Below, piece after piece: positions 39,521 to 47,825 of a stretch of 64,000 nt of DNA. Within the stretch, counting starts at the first letter, position 1, and every line of letters starts with the position of its first letter. The DNA comes from an uncultured Gammaproteobacteria bacterium (lineage in GTDB: Bacteria > Patescibacteriota > Patescibacteriia > UBA1558 > S5-K13). The translations under genes were made by a program, and so were the position numbers. Location: positions 144,120 through 208,119 of the forward strand of contig CAYRHT010000002.1 in assembly GCA_964424195.1 (NCBI GenBank), given 5' to 3'. The notes below the pieces were generated by a model. That model searched no databases. It worked only from the letters and a program-made list of their open reading frames with translations, and was not told the origin of the DNA.

Positions 39521-40066
39521 TTAACGTTTTGACCATTGGGGAGCTTTTCTAGCTCTCTTTAAACCTGGTTTCTTTCTTTCTTTTACTCTAGGATCTCTCT
39601 TTAATAGTCCATTAGCTTTCAATGTTTTTCTAACATCTGGGTCTAATTCTACTAAGGCTCTAGAAATACCAAGTCGAATAGCATCTACTTGTCCTCTTTT
39701 ACCACCACCTTTAACTTTAATAGTTATTGTAAATTTACCATTAGCACCAACTAGTTTTAGAGGTTCAGTAATTAAACCACCATATACTACATAATCAAAG
39801 TATTTATCAATAGCTTTATCATTTATAGTAATAGTACCTTTTTCATTAAAAAGATGAACAGTAGCTACTGAAGACTTTCTTCTACCAATTGCTCTGATAT
39901 ACTTACCTTTAGCTAAAGTTACCTTTTTCATTGTAGTTGGTTCAGGTTTTGTTTCTGCTACTGTTTCTGTTTCTTTAACAACAGCTTCAACTTTAGGAGT
40001 TTCTTTAACTTCTTCTTTCTTTACCTCTTCTTTTGGTTTAGCTGTTTTAGTGGTTTTCTTTTCCAT
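39521..40066 (-). CDS. rpsI: 30S ribosomal protein S9 with about 55-aa Lys/Glu-rich N-terminal extension
   Basis: C-terminal GGGKRGQVDAIRLGISRAL...KKPGLKRARKAPQWSKR S9 signature. Confidence 0.9.
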   Translation of the reverse strand: MEKKTTKTAKPKEEVKKEEVKETPKVEAVVKETETVAETKPEPTTMKKVTLAKGKYIRAIGRRKSSVATVHLFNEKGTITINDKAIDKYFDYVVYGGLITEPLKLVGANGKFTITIKVKGGGKRGQVDAIRLGISRALVELDPDVRKTLKANGLLKRDPRVKERKKPGLKRARKAPQWSKR

Positions 40067-40067
40067 A

Positions 40068-40439
40068 TTATTTAGTAATCTTTAATCTTTTAATCATTTC
40101 ACTTCTTAATCTATTCTTAGGAAGCATACCCATCACACATTTCTTTAATAATAGATCAGCTTTAGCTGGGAATAATTCTTTAAGTTTAATAGTTTTTAAA
40201 TTACCAACATAACCAGTATGACGATAATACTTCTTATTCTCTAATTTCTTACCAGTAAACTTCATTTGAGCAGCATTTTCTACTTCTACAATGTTTCCAG
40301 TATCAGTATGTTGTTGATAGTTAGGATTATTTTTACCCATTAAACATACAGCTATCTTACTAGCTATTCTACCCATGCTTTGATCTTTAGCATCTAATTT
40401 AATTGTTTCTCGTTTGATTTTATCCATATTATTTAACAA
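40068..40439 (-). CDS. rplM: 50S ribosomal protein L13
   Basis: Full-length L13-like sequence (GRIASKIAVCLMGKNNP...VMGMLPKNRL). Confidence 0.9.
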   Translation of the reverse strand: MLNNMDKIKRETIKLDAKDQSMGRIASKIAVCLMGKNNPNYQQHTDTGNIVEVENAAQMKFTGKKLENKKYYRHTGYVGNLKTIKLKELFPAKADLLLKKCVMGMLPKNRLRSEMIKRLKITK

Positions 40440-40782
40440 ATGTTATGTATGCCATTTCAGCTCCATCACCTTTTCTGATATCAGCTTTAATTATTTTTAA
40501 ATATCCACCTTTTCTATCTTTGTATTTAGGACCATGAACTTCTAATAGCTTTTTAATAGCGTTATCTAAGTTTAATTTAGTTTTTAGATACCTTTTAGTA
40601 GTTAAATTATTAGTTGCTGATTTAGTAATTAATTTTTCAACATAAGGTTTTAAAACTTTAGCTTTAGCTTTAGTAGTTCTAACTTTTTCAAAAACAATAA
40701 TTTGTCCAGCTAGATTTTTAATCAAAGCTTTTCGAGGTCCGGTCTTTCTATCTAAAATTTTAGTGGTTTTTTTGTGTCTCAT
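40429..40782 (-). CDS. rplQ: 50S ribosomal protein L17
   Basis: MRHKKTTKILDRKTGPRKALIKNLAGQII L17 N-terminus. Confidence 0.9.
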   Translation of the reverse strand: MRHKKTTKILDRKTGPRKALIKNLAGQIIVFEKVRTTKAKAKVLKPYVEKLITKSATNNLTTKRYLKTKLNLDNAIKKLLEVHGPKYKDRKGGYLKIIKADIRKGDGAEMAYITFVK

Positions 40783-40800
40783 ATTATTGACTTAGGGGAA

Positions 40801-41616
40801 TTATTTTTTCTTAGTTACTTTCTTAGTAGTTTTCTTAGTAGCTGGTTTCTTAGCTATCTTTTTAACAGCCTTCTTAGTGGTTTTCTTAGTAGCTGGTTTC
40901 TTAGCTACCTTTTTAGCTGCTTTAACTACCTTTTCTTCTTCATAGACTAATGAAAAATGATCAATTAATACTTTAGTTGCTTTAGAGATAGCTTCTTTAG
41001 GACTTAAACTACCATCAGTTTCAACTTTCATCTTTAATTTTTCATAATCAGTTCTTTTACCAACTCGTACTGCTTCAATACCAAAACTAACATTAACAAT
41101 CGGTGAATAATATGAATCAATACTAATTTCATTAGAAGCTAGAGCTTGATCTATCTTATTCTCAATAGTTACATATCCTCGACCATTTTCAGCAGTAAAT
41201 TCTATTTCTAACTCAGCTTTCTTGTCTGTTAAATGACCTAAGATTAAATCTGGATTAGTAATTTCAGCTTGAGCATTATTATCAATATTTTTAGCTTTAA
41301 CTACTTTTTCACCTTTTACTTTTAATTTCAATTTAATTGCTTCATCAGAAAATACTTTTAATCTAATCTTTTTAATATTCAGTATTAATTCAACAACATC
41401 TTCTTTTAAATGATCTAGAGTTGAGAATTCATGACTAGCACCTTTAATCTTAACTTTAGTTATAGCGGCACCAGTTAAAGAAGATAATAGTACTCTTCTT
41501 AAAGAGTTAGCAATAGTTATTCCGTAACCAGGGAAAAGGGGCCCAATGATAATTTGGGTTTTATTATCTTTAAGTTCTTTATATTCAATATTTTTTGGTA
41601 ATGGTATGTTTTCCAT
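40801..41616 (-). CDS. rpoA: DNA-directed RNA polymerase alpha subunit, N-terminal domain only, with Lys-rich repeat tail
   Basis: Alpha-NTD similarity over about 230 aa; C-terminus AKKPATKKTTKK repeats instead of alpha-CTD; 271 aa. Confidence 0.85.
   Translation of the reverse strand: MENIPLPKNIEYKELKDNKTQIIIGPLFPGYGITIANSLRRVLLSSLTGAAITKVKIKGASHEFSTLDHLKEDVVELILNIKKIRLKVFSDEAIKLKLKVKGEKVVKAKNIDNNAQAEITNPDLILGHLTDKKAELEIEFTAENGRGYVTIENKIDQALASNEISIDSYYSPIVNVSFGIEAVRVGKRTDYEKLKMKVETDGSLSPKEAISKATKVLIDHFSLVYEEEKVVKAAKKVAKKPATKKTTKKAVKKIAKKPATKKTTKKVTKKK
40817..40916. repeat. About 48-nt tandem direct repeat (2 copies) encoding the Lys-rich tail of rpoA
   Basis: ttcttagt(a/g)gttttcttagtagctggtttcttagcta(t/c)ct repeated back-to-back. 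Confidence 0.6.
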
Positions 41617-41652
41617 TTTTTTGTTTTTTAATTGTTTAAAAATATATGAGTT

Positions 41653-42285
41653 TTATCTTGAATAAAACTCAATGATTAAAGAAGTATTAATAGTTTTTTG
41701 AAGATCAATAACATCAGGTTGACTAGTAACACTTGCTTCTAATTTTTTATTATCTAGACTTAACCAAGTTGGGATATCTATTTTCTTGCTAGAAGCTTTT
41801 TTAACTTTTTCCCAATAAACGTCTTTTATCTTATTATCTTTAACTGTAATTTTATCACCAGTTTTTAAGGTATAAGAAGAAACATTTACATTCTTGTCGT
41901 TTATTTTAAAATGGTTATGACTAATTAATTGTTTAGCTGTATTTCTTGAATTAGCTAATTTTAATCTATATACTACATTATCAAATCTATTCTCTAGAGC
42001 ATGTAAAATAGCTGTACCAGCTTCTTCTTTAGTCTTCATAGCTTTAGATACTAAGTTCTTGAATGGTTTTTCTAACATCCCATAAGTTCTTTTAGTCTTT
42101 TGTTTTTCTCGAAGCTGTTGACCGTAAGCAGAAGGTTTTTTCATTCTACCTTTAGGACCATGAAAACCAGGTTGATAATTCTTTTTCAACATGGCACATT
42201 TAGGACCATTACATCTTTCGCCTTTTAAGAATAGTTTTTCACCTTCTCTTCGGCATAATTTACATTGTGAACTGATTTTTCTCAT
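41653..42285 (-). CDS. rpsD: 30S ribosomal protein S4
   Basis: N-terminal Zn-ribbon CKLCRREGEKLFLKGERC and S4 domain. Confidence 0.9.
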   Translation of the reverse strand: MRKISSQCKLCRREGEKLFLKGERCNGPKCAMLKKNYQPGFHGPKGRMKKPSAYGQQLREKQKTKRTYGMLEKPFKNLVSKAMKTKEEAGTAILHALENRFDNVVYRLKLANSRNTAKQLISHNHFKINDKNVNVSSYTLKTGDKITVKDNKIKDVYWEKVKKASSKKIDIPTWLSLDNKKLEASVTSQPDVIDLQKTINTSLIIEFYSR

Positions 42286-42311
42286 TGTATTTGAATTTGA
42301 TTAATATTAAT

Positions 42312-42698
42312 TTATACTCTTCTTGGTTTCTTAGCTCGACAACCATTATGAGGGATAGGAGTTACATCTTTAATAGATAATACATTTAAACCATTAGAAT
42401 TTAATGATCGGACAGCACTATCTCTTCCAGAACCAACACCTTTTACAAAAACATCAACTTCGTTTAATCCAAAGTTCTTAGCTTTAGTTACAGCATCTCG
42501 AACAATAGTTTCAGCAGCATAAGGAGTAGATTTTTTAGGACCTTTAAATCCATTTAAACCAGCTGATGACCAAGCTAAAGTATTTCCACTTTGATCAGTT
42601 AAAGTAACAATAGTATTATTATATGTAGCAGTAATATGAGCTTGTCCTCTACTTACTAGTACTTTCTTTTTCTTTTTCTTTGAAGTTGTTTTATTCAT
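42312..42698 (-). CDS. rpsK: 30S ribosomal protein S11
   Basis: [18 protein letters not shown]...[16 protein letters not shown]. Confidence 0.9.
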   Translation of the reverse strand: MNKTTSKKKKKKVLVSRGQAHITATYNNTIVTLTDQSGNTLAWSSAGLNGFKGPKKSTPYAAETIVRDAVTKAKNFGLNEVDVFVKGVGSGRDSAVRSLNSNGLNVLSIKDVTPIPHNGCRAKKPRRV

Positions 42699-42713
42699 TA
42701 TATTTAAATTATT

Positions 42714-43103
42714 TTAAGTTTTTAGGTTAGCTGGTTTTCTACCAGAAGTTGCTAATCCTCTTTTGTTTCCTCTTCTAGTTCTAGAGTTAGTCTTTGTTCT
42801 TTGTCCTCTAGCAGGTAAACCTTTAGCATGTCTAGAACCTCGATATGATTTAATTTCTTTCAATCTTTTGATATTTAATAGTACTTCTCGTCTTAAATCA
42901 CCTTCAATTTTATAGCTTTTTTCAATAACATTTCTTAATTTATTTAAATCATCAGTTGACAGGTCTTTGATTCTAGTATCTTTATCAATAGATGCTTGTT
43001 CTAGTATTTTATTTGAAGTAGTTTTTCCAACACCATAGATATAAGTCAAAGCGATTTCAGCTCTTTTATCATTTGGTATATTTACTCCTGCTATTCTTGG
43101 CAT
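42714..43103 (-). CDS. rpsM: 30S ribosomal protein S13
   Basis: [27 protein letters not shown]. Confidence 0.9.
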   Translation of the reverse strand: MPRIAGVNIPNDKRAEIALTYIYGVGKTTSNKILEQASIDKDTRIKDLSTDDLNKLRNVIEKSYKIEGDLRREVLLNIKRLKEIKSYRGSRHAKGLPARGQRTKTNSRTRRGNKRGLATSGRKPANLKT

Positions 43104-43133
43104 ATTATTATTTGATTTCTAATTAAAATTAAT

Positions 43134-43247
43134 TTAACCTTGACGTTGTTTATGTCTAGGATTCTTACATATACAAACTAAGCGACCCTTTCTTCGAATC
43201 ACTTTACAATCTCTACATATTTTTTTAACTGATGCTCTTACTTTCAT
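43134..43247 (-). CDS. rpmJ: 50S ribosomal protein L36
   Basis: Manual translation [37 protein letters not shown]; not in the ORF track (38 codons). Confidence 0.8.
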   Translation of the reverse strand: MKVRASVKKICRDCKVIRRKGRLVCICKNPRHKQRQG

Positions 43248-43258
43248 ATTGTATATTA

Positions 43259-43495
43259 TTAATATCTATAAGTTATTCTTCCTCTATTCATATCATAGGG
43301 AGTCATCTCTAATTTTACTTTATCACCAGGTAATAATTTAATCTTAAACATTCTCATCTTACCTGATAAGTAAGCTAAAACATTATGTCCATTCTCTAAC
43401 TCTACTTTAAATTGAGTAGCAGGTAAAGCTTCGACTACTGTTCCGTCGATTTCAATGAAATCTTTGTTTGATTTTTTTTCTTCTTTTTTTGACAT
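43259..43495 (-). CDS. infA: Translation initiation factor IF-1
   Basis: S1-like fold sequence ...[29 protein letters not shown]... Confidence 0.9.
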   Translation of the reverse strand: MSKKEEKKSNKDFIEIDGTVVEALPATQFKVELENGHNVLAYLSGKMRMFKIKLLPGDKVKLEMTPYDMNRGRITYRY

Positions 43496-43597
43496 TAAAA
43501 AATAATGAATAAATTAAATTTATTCTATCTTCTTAAATTACCGTTAAATTATAGAATAATTATAGCGTTTTTAGATTTTTTGTCAAGAGCTTGGACT

Positions 43598-45382
43598 CTA
43601 TTCCAGGATAGCTTTAATTCTTCTGACTCCACTAGAAGCAGATTGCTCTTTCTTTATCTTAAATATCCCTAATTCGGAGGTATTATTTACATGAGGACCA
43701 CCACAAATCTCTTTACTGAAAGGACCAATATTATATACTTTTACTTTATCTCCATATTTATCTCCAAATAAACCAACAGCTCCTTCATTTTTGGCTTCAT
43801 CAACTGATTTTTCTTCACAATTTATTTCTAATTTAGCATCTATTTGTTCATTAACCAAATCTTCTACTTTCTGCTTTTCCTCATCGGTCATTTTTTCTGA
43901 ATGAGAAAAATCAAATCTTAATCTTTCGGCGTTTAAATTAGAACCTCTTTGTTGGACATGTTCACCTAATACTTTTCTTAAAGCTTCGTGTAATAGATGA
44001 GTAGCTGTGTGATATTTAGTAACTTCTTCAGAATGATCAGCTAAACCACCTTTAAATTTTCCAGCACTAGCAGTTCGAGATAAATCTTTATGTTTAGCAA
44101 ATTCTTGATTGAATTCTTCTATATTAATCTTCTCTCCTCTTTCTTCTGCTAAGTCAACTGTCATTTCCAAGGGAAAACCATAAGTTGAATAAAGTCTAAA
44201 AGCATCTTCACCCTTAAGTTTTTCTAATTTATTGAATTCTTTTAATCCTTTATTTAAAGTTTTTTCAAATTGTTTTTCTTCTTTTTCTAAATTATTTAAA
44301 ACTACATCTTTGTTTCTTTCTAACTCTGGGTAAGTTTCTTTCATTAGGTTAATAACAACTTTAGCTATCTCAACTGTCAAATCTATTTCTTGATTAATAT
44401 TTAATAACTTACCGTGTCGAATAGCTGTTCTGAGTAATCTTCGAACCACATAACCTTGATCTAAATTAGAAGGAGCAATTCCTAAATTGTCGCCCATGAT
44501 GAAAACAGCACTTCTTATATGGTCAGCAATGATTCGAATAGATTTTAATTCAGTTTCATTTGCTTCGGAAATATTAGCTAGTTCTTTAATTCTATTAACA
44601 ATTGGGATGAATAGGTCGCAATCATAAACATTATCAGCTTCATTTAAGAGTGCAGTAGCTCGGTCTAAGCCAAAGCCAGTATCAATTTGTGGTGTTTCTA
44701 ATTCTCGGTAAGAACCATCAGCTTCTTTGTAGTAGAACATAAAAACATCATTCCAGATTTCAGCATATTTTCCACAAGAACATCCAGGTTTACATTCTGG
44801 AGAACATCCTTTTTTACCAGTATCAACAAACATTTCAGTATCTGGTCCACAAACTCCTGAATTTCCAACTGGTCCCCACCAATTATCTTCTTTAGGTAGT
44901 GGGAATATTATTTCATTTTCTTCAGCTTTAATGTCTGTAGTTTGAAAACATTCTTGCCATATTTTAATAGACTCCTCGTCTTTAGAAATATCTTGATCTC
45001 CTTCAAAGACAGTTACGTACAATTTATGAGGATTAATTCCTAACCATTCTTTAGAAGTTAAAAATTCCCAAGACCATTTAATCATTTGTTCTTTGTCATA
45101 AGCTCCTAATGGCCAATTACCAAGCATCTCGAAGAAACTTAAATGCCAAGAATCACCGACACAATCAATATCGCCAGTTCGGATACATTTTTGACAATTA
45201 GCAATGGCAGTACCAGCAGGATGCTTCTCACCCATTAAAAATGGAATTAGAGGTTGCATGCCAGCAGTATTGAATAATGTGGTGGAATCATTCTCAGGAA
45301 TTAAAGAAGCACTAGGAGTTATAGTATGTCCTTTAGATTTAAAGAATTCTAAATATTTTTTTCTAATATCAGCAGAGTTCAT
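43598..45382 (-). CDS. alaS: Alanine--tRNA ligase, compact form lacking C-terminal C-Ala domain (594 aa)
   Basis: Class II catalytic domain, editing HxxxH (HTATHLLHEAL) and CGGPHV motifs; ends shortly after the editing core. Confidence 0.85.
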   Translation of the reverse strand: MNSADIRKKYLEFFKSKGHTITPSASLIPENDSTTLFNTAGMQPLIPFLMGEKHPAGTAIANCQKCIRTGDIDCVGDSWHLSFFEMLGNWPLGAYDKEQMIKWSWEFLTSKEWLGINPHKLYVTVFEGDQDISKDEESIKIWQECFQTTDIKAEENEIIFPLPKEDNWWGPVGNSGVCGPDTEMFVDTGKKGCSPECKPGCSCGKYAEIWNDVFMFYYKEADGSYRELETPQIDTGFGLDRATALLNEADNVYDCDLFIPIVNRIKELANISEANETELKSIRIIADHIRSAVFIMGDNLGIAPSNLDQGYVVRRLLRTAIRHGKLLNINQEIDLTVEIAKVVINLMKETYPELERNKDVVLNNLEKEEKQFEKTLNKGLKEFNKLEKLKGEDAFRLYSTYGFPLEMTVDLAEERGEKINIEEFNQEFAKHKDLSRTASAGKFKGGLADHSEEVTKYHTATHLLHEALRKVLGEHVQQRGSNLNAERLRFDFSHSEKMTDEEKQKVEDLVNEQIDAKLEINCEEKSVDEAKNEGAVGLFGDKYGDKVKVYNIGPFSKEICGGPHVNNTSELGIFKIKKEQSASSGVRRIKAILE

Positions 45383-45457
45383 ATATTTTTATAAATTATA
45401 TTTTACAATTAGAATTGTAGCTATTTTTATAATAGAAGTCAAAGTTTGAGGAAATAA

Positions 45458-45492
45458 AAAAGACCCTGAAATTTTTCAGGGTCAGATAATAC
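45458..45492 (-). terminator. Terminator hairpin GACCCTGAA-ATTT-TTCAGGGTC plus U-run
   Basis: Perfect 9-bp stem downstream of 45500..45949. Confidence 0.45.
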
Positions 45493-45499
45493 TTAGCAG

Positions 45500-45949
45500 C
45501 TAAGCTGCCAGAGGCACCGAAAATGTATTATCAAAATAATTATTATTTCTTTGTTTTTGAGTCCATTTCATAATTATCGAGAACTCGTCAACAGACCCGT
45601 CACAATCGTTGTCATCAACCGGATCACTGTATTCTCCCCAGCCATGTATTTCCCATTCACCATTTTCACCGATATCCATTTCATAATCGCAGGAACATTG
45701 GTTTTCCCATCTTTGAGCCAAATCATTACCTTCATTGATAAAAGCTATCAGATCTCCTTCCGGTTGACCAATGAATTTGTTTTTTACTTCTTGTAATGCT
45801 TTGATTTTGGGATTGAGAACTGCTACTTTCATTTTTTTGAAAGTAGCATCAACAATTTGATTATATTCAGCTTCATCATCAATAATATTAGCGATTAGAG
45901 TTATGCTTACTACTAAAAGTAGCGCAGCTAGGATAAAAGTCTTTTTCAT
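45500..45949 (-). CDS. Secreted hypothetical protein (start re-assigned to MKKTFILAALL... with GGAGG RBS)
   Basis: Signal peptide; the ORF-track upstream extension lacks an RBS. Confidence 0.5.
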   Translation of the reverse strand: MKKTFILAALLLVVSITLIANIIDDEAEYNQIVDATFKKMKVAVLNPKIKALQEVKNKFIGQPEGDLIAFINEGNDLAQRWENQCSCDYEMDIGENGEWEIHGWGEYSDPVDDNDCDGSVDEFSIIMKWTQKQRNNNYFDNTFSVPLAA

Positions 45950-46107
45950 AATTCCTCCAAATTTTTTACTTCTTGTGATTTTGTAAATTATCAATATTCC
46001 TATCAACTTCGTTCTGAAGTAGTGACATTAAAAATCAATTTTTACCTTTACCTCCCTTATAGTCTATAAAGAGTATAGCAAGTTTCTCTGCAAAAGTCAA
46101 GGGTTTA

Positions 46108-46147
46108 AATAAAAAACCTTTAACAAGAATTAACTTGTTAAAGGTTT
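46108..46147. terminator. Bidirectional terminator (13-bp perfect stem AACCTTTAACAAG/CTTGTTAAAGGTT)
   Basis: Perfect inverted repeat flanked by A-run and T-run. Confidence 0.5.
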
Positions 46148-46154
46148 ATGGTGT

Positions 46155-46661
46155 TCACCATTCGTTCATTGTCGATATAGAGGTATTGTTTTTTAAAATT
46201 CCTTTGATATTAATTTTCATTTCATTGTCCAAATTGTTCGAACAATTTACAGAAATATTAATAGGAAATGTTAGGGATTTTTTAAATTGAGTACTCAATT
46301 TTTTAGTTTTATCTACTCCAATAATTTTGGTTAGAATTGTTTTTCCTCCTCTGCATATTTTATACTGAAGGGTGATTTTGTTTCCAAAAATTTCTTTAAT
46401 AATAAATTTAAGAGTAAGCTCATCTTTTTCTGTGTTTAAAATAGTCTTCAATTTTAAATTGAGTTCTCTACCAACTTCAATTTTTAATTTTCCTGAATTA
46501 TAACCAGAGAGGAGAGCATTAAAAAATAAGCATAAAACAATTATGAAAATTATGAAAAACAGAGCACCAATTATTTTAAGAATAGTGATTCCCATTTTTT
46601 TCCAGACATTCTCTTCTTGATTTACATTTTCCTCTTTAGCTAGTAGAACTAAAGATAACAT
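46155..46661 (-). CDS. Membrane-anchored hypothetical protein (168 aa)
   Basis: One TM helix after the N-terminus. Confidence 0.45.
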   Translation of the reverse strand: MLSLVLLAKEENVNQEENVWKKMGITILKIIGALFFIIFIIVLCLFFNALLSGYNSGKLKIEVGRELNLKLKTILNTEKDELTLKFIIKEIFGNKITLQYKICRGGKTILTKIIGVDKTKKLSTQFKKSLTFPINISVNCSNNLDNEMKINIKGILKNNTSISTMNEW

Positions 46662-46758
46662 TGATAATAATAAGATAATTATTAGAATCTTTTTTATTTT
46701 CTTCCTCCTATGTTTTTTATTTTTCCTAACTTAGTTTTAATACTTTAAATTTATTTTG

Positions 46759-47823
46759 TCAACTAATAATACCTCCACCAAGGCACTCCTCTTTGTGATA
46801 CAAAACTGTTGATTGTCCGGAAGTTATAGCTCTTTGTTTCTCTTTAAATTTAACTAAATACTTATTCCCTTGCTTTGTAATCTGACAATCTTGATCTACT
46901 TGTCTGTATCTAGTTTTAATTTGACATTTGTAAGGATATTTAATTGGTTCTTTGTTAATCCAATGCATATTAGTTATTTCACAACTATTACTAAATAATT
47001 CTTCTGACCAAGAACCATGAGCTACTATTAATTTGTTATTCTTTAAATCTTTTTCTACTACAAAATATGGAACTCCACCACCAATTTTAATACCCTTTCT
47101 TTGACCAATAGTATAATACCAAACACCTTCATGCTCCCCTATTTTCTCACCTTCAGTAGTTATAATATCTCCCTTTTGAGGTTTAATCTTAGTTTTCAAT
47201 AATTCAGTGATATTTACTTCACCAATAAAGCAGATTCCTTGAGAATCAGGTTTGTTAGCACTTGGTAATTCAGCATCTTTAGCTATCTTTCTAATTTGAG
47301 GTTTAGTATATCCTCCAACAGGAAATAGTGTTTTAGAAAGTTGTTTTTGATTTAAAGCATAAAGAAAGTAACTTTGATCTTTGTTCTGATCTTTTCCTTT
47401 TAATAAATGAAAACCATCTTGGTCTTCTTGAACTTGAGAATAATGTCCTGTAGCTATTTTATCAGCTCCCAACTTTAGAACTTTTTCTAAGAATATTTTA
47501 AATTTAATTTCTTTGTTACACATAATGTCTGGATTAGGAGTAATTCCTTTTTGATAACCATCAAATAAATAATCAACTACTTTTTCCTTGTACTCTTTTT
47601 CAAAATTTAAGGTATAGAAGGGAATATTTAAATGATTAGCAACTCGGAGAGCTGAATCTCTATCTTCTTTCCAAGGACATTTAAATTTACCTAAGTCAGT
47701 AGACCAGTTTCGCATATAGTAAGCAATGACATTGTATCCTTGTTGCTGTAATAAAAAAGCAGCGACTGAGGAATCAACTCCGCCACTTAATCCAAGAGCA
47801 ACTGTTTCTTTTTTCTTAGACAT
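46759..47823 (-). CDS. mnmA: tRNA-specific 2-thiouridylase
   Basis: PP-loop SGGVDSSV and conserved Cys residues; 354 aa. Confidence 0.9.
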   Translation of the reverse strand: MSKKKETVALGLSGGVDSSVAAFLLQQQGYNVIAYYMRNWSTDLGKFKCPWKEDRDSALRVANHLNIPFYTLNFEKEYKEKVVDYLFDGYQKGITPNPDIMCNKEIKFKIFLEKVLKLGADKIATGHYSQVQEDQDGFHLLKGKDQNKDQSYFLYALNQKQLSKTLFPVGGYTKPQIRKIAKDAELPSANKPDSQGICFIGEVNITELLKTKIKPQKGDIITTEGEKIGEHEGVWYYTIGQRKGIKIGGGVPYFVVEKDLKNNKLIVAHGSWSEELFSNSCEITNMHWINKEPIKYPYKCQIKTRYRQVDQDCQITKQGNKYLVKFKEKQRAITSGQSTVLYHKEECLGGGIIS

Positions 47824-47825
47824 AA

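Noticed and set aside
40817-40916. Tandem 48-nt direct repeat considered as possible CRISPR or minisatellite
   Set aside because: Only two back-to-back copies with no spacers, lying in-frame inside rpoA where they encode the Lys-rich tail. It is a coding tandem duplication, not a CRISPR array.
45500-46006. ORF-track N-terminal extensions of 45500..46006, 52953..54698 and 61274..62260
   Set aside because: Internal Met codons preceded by AGGAGG/GGAGG RBS and followed by signal-peptide or conserved N-termini are far better starts. The extensions lack an RBS, and for 61274..62260 the extension overlaps the upstream gene.
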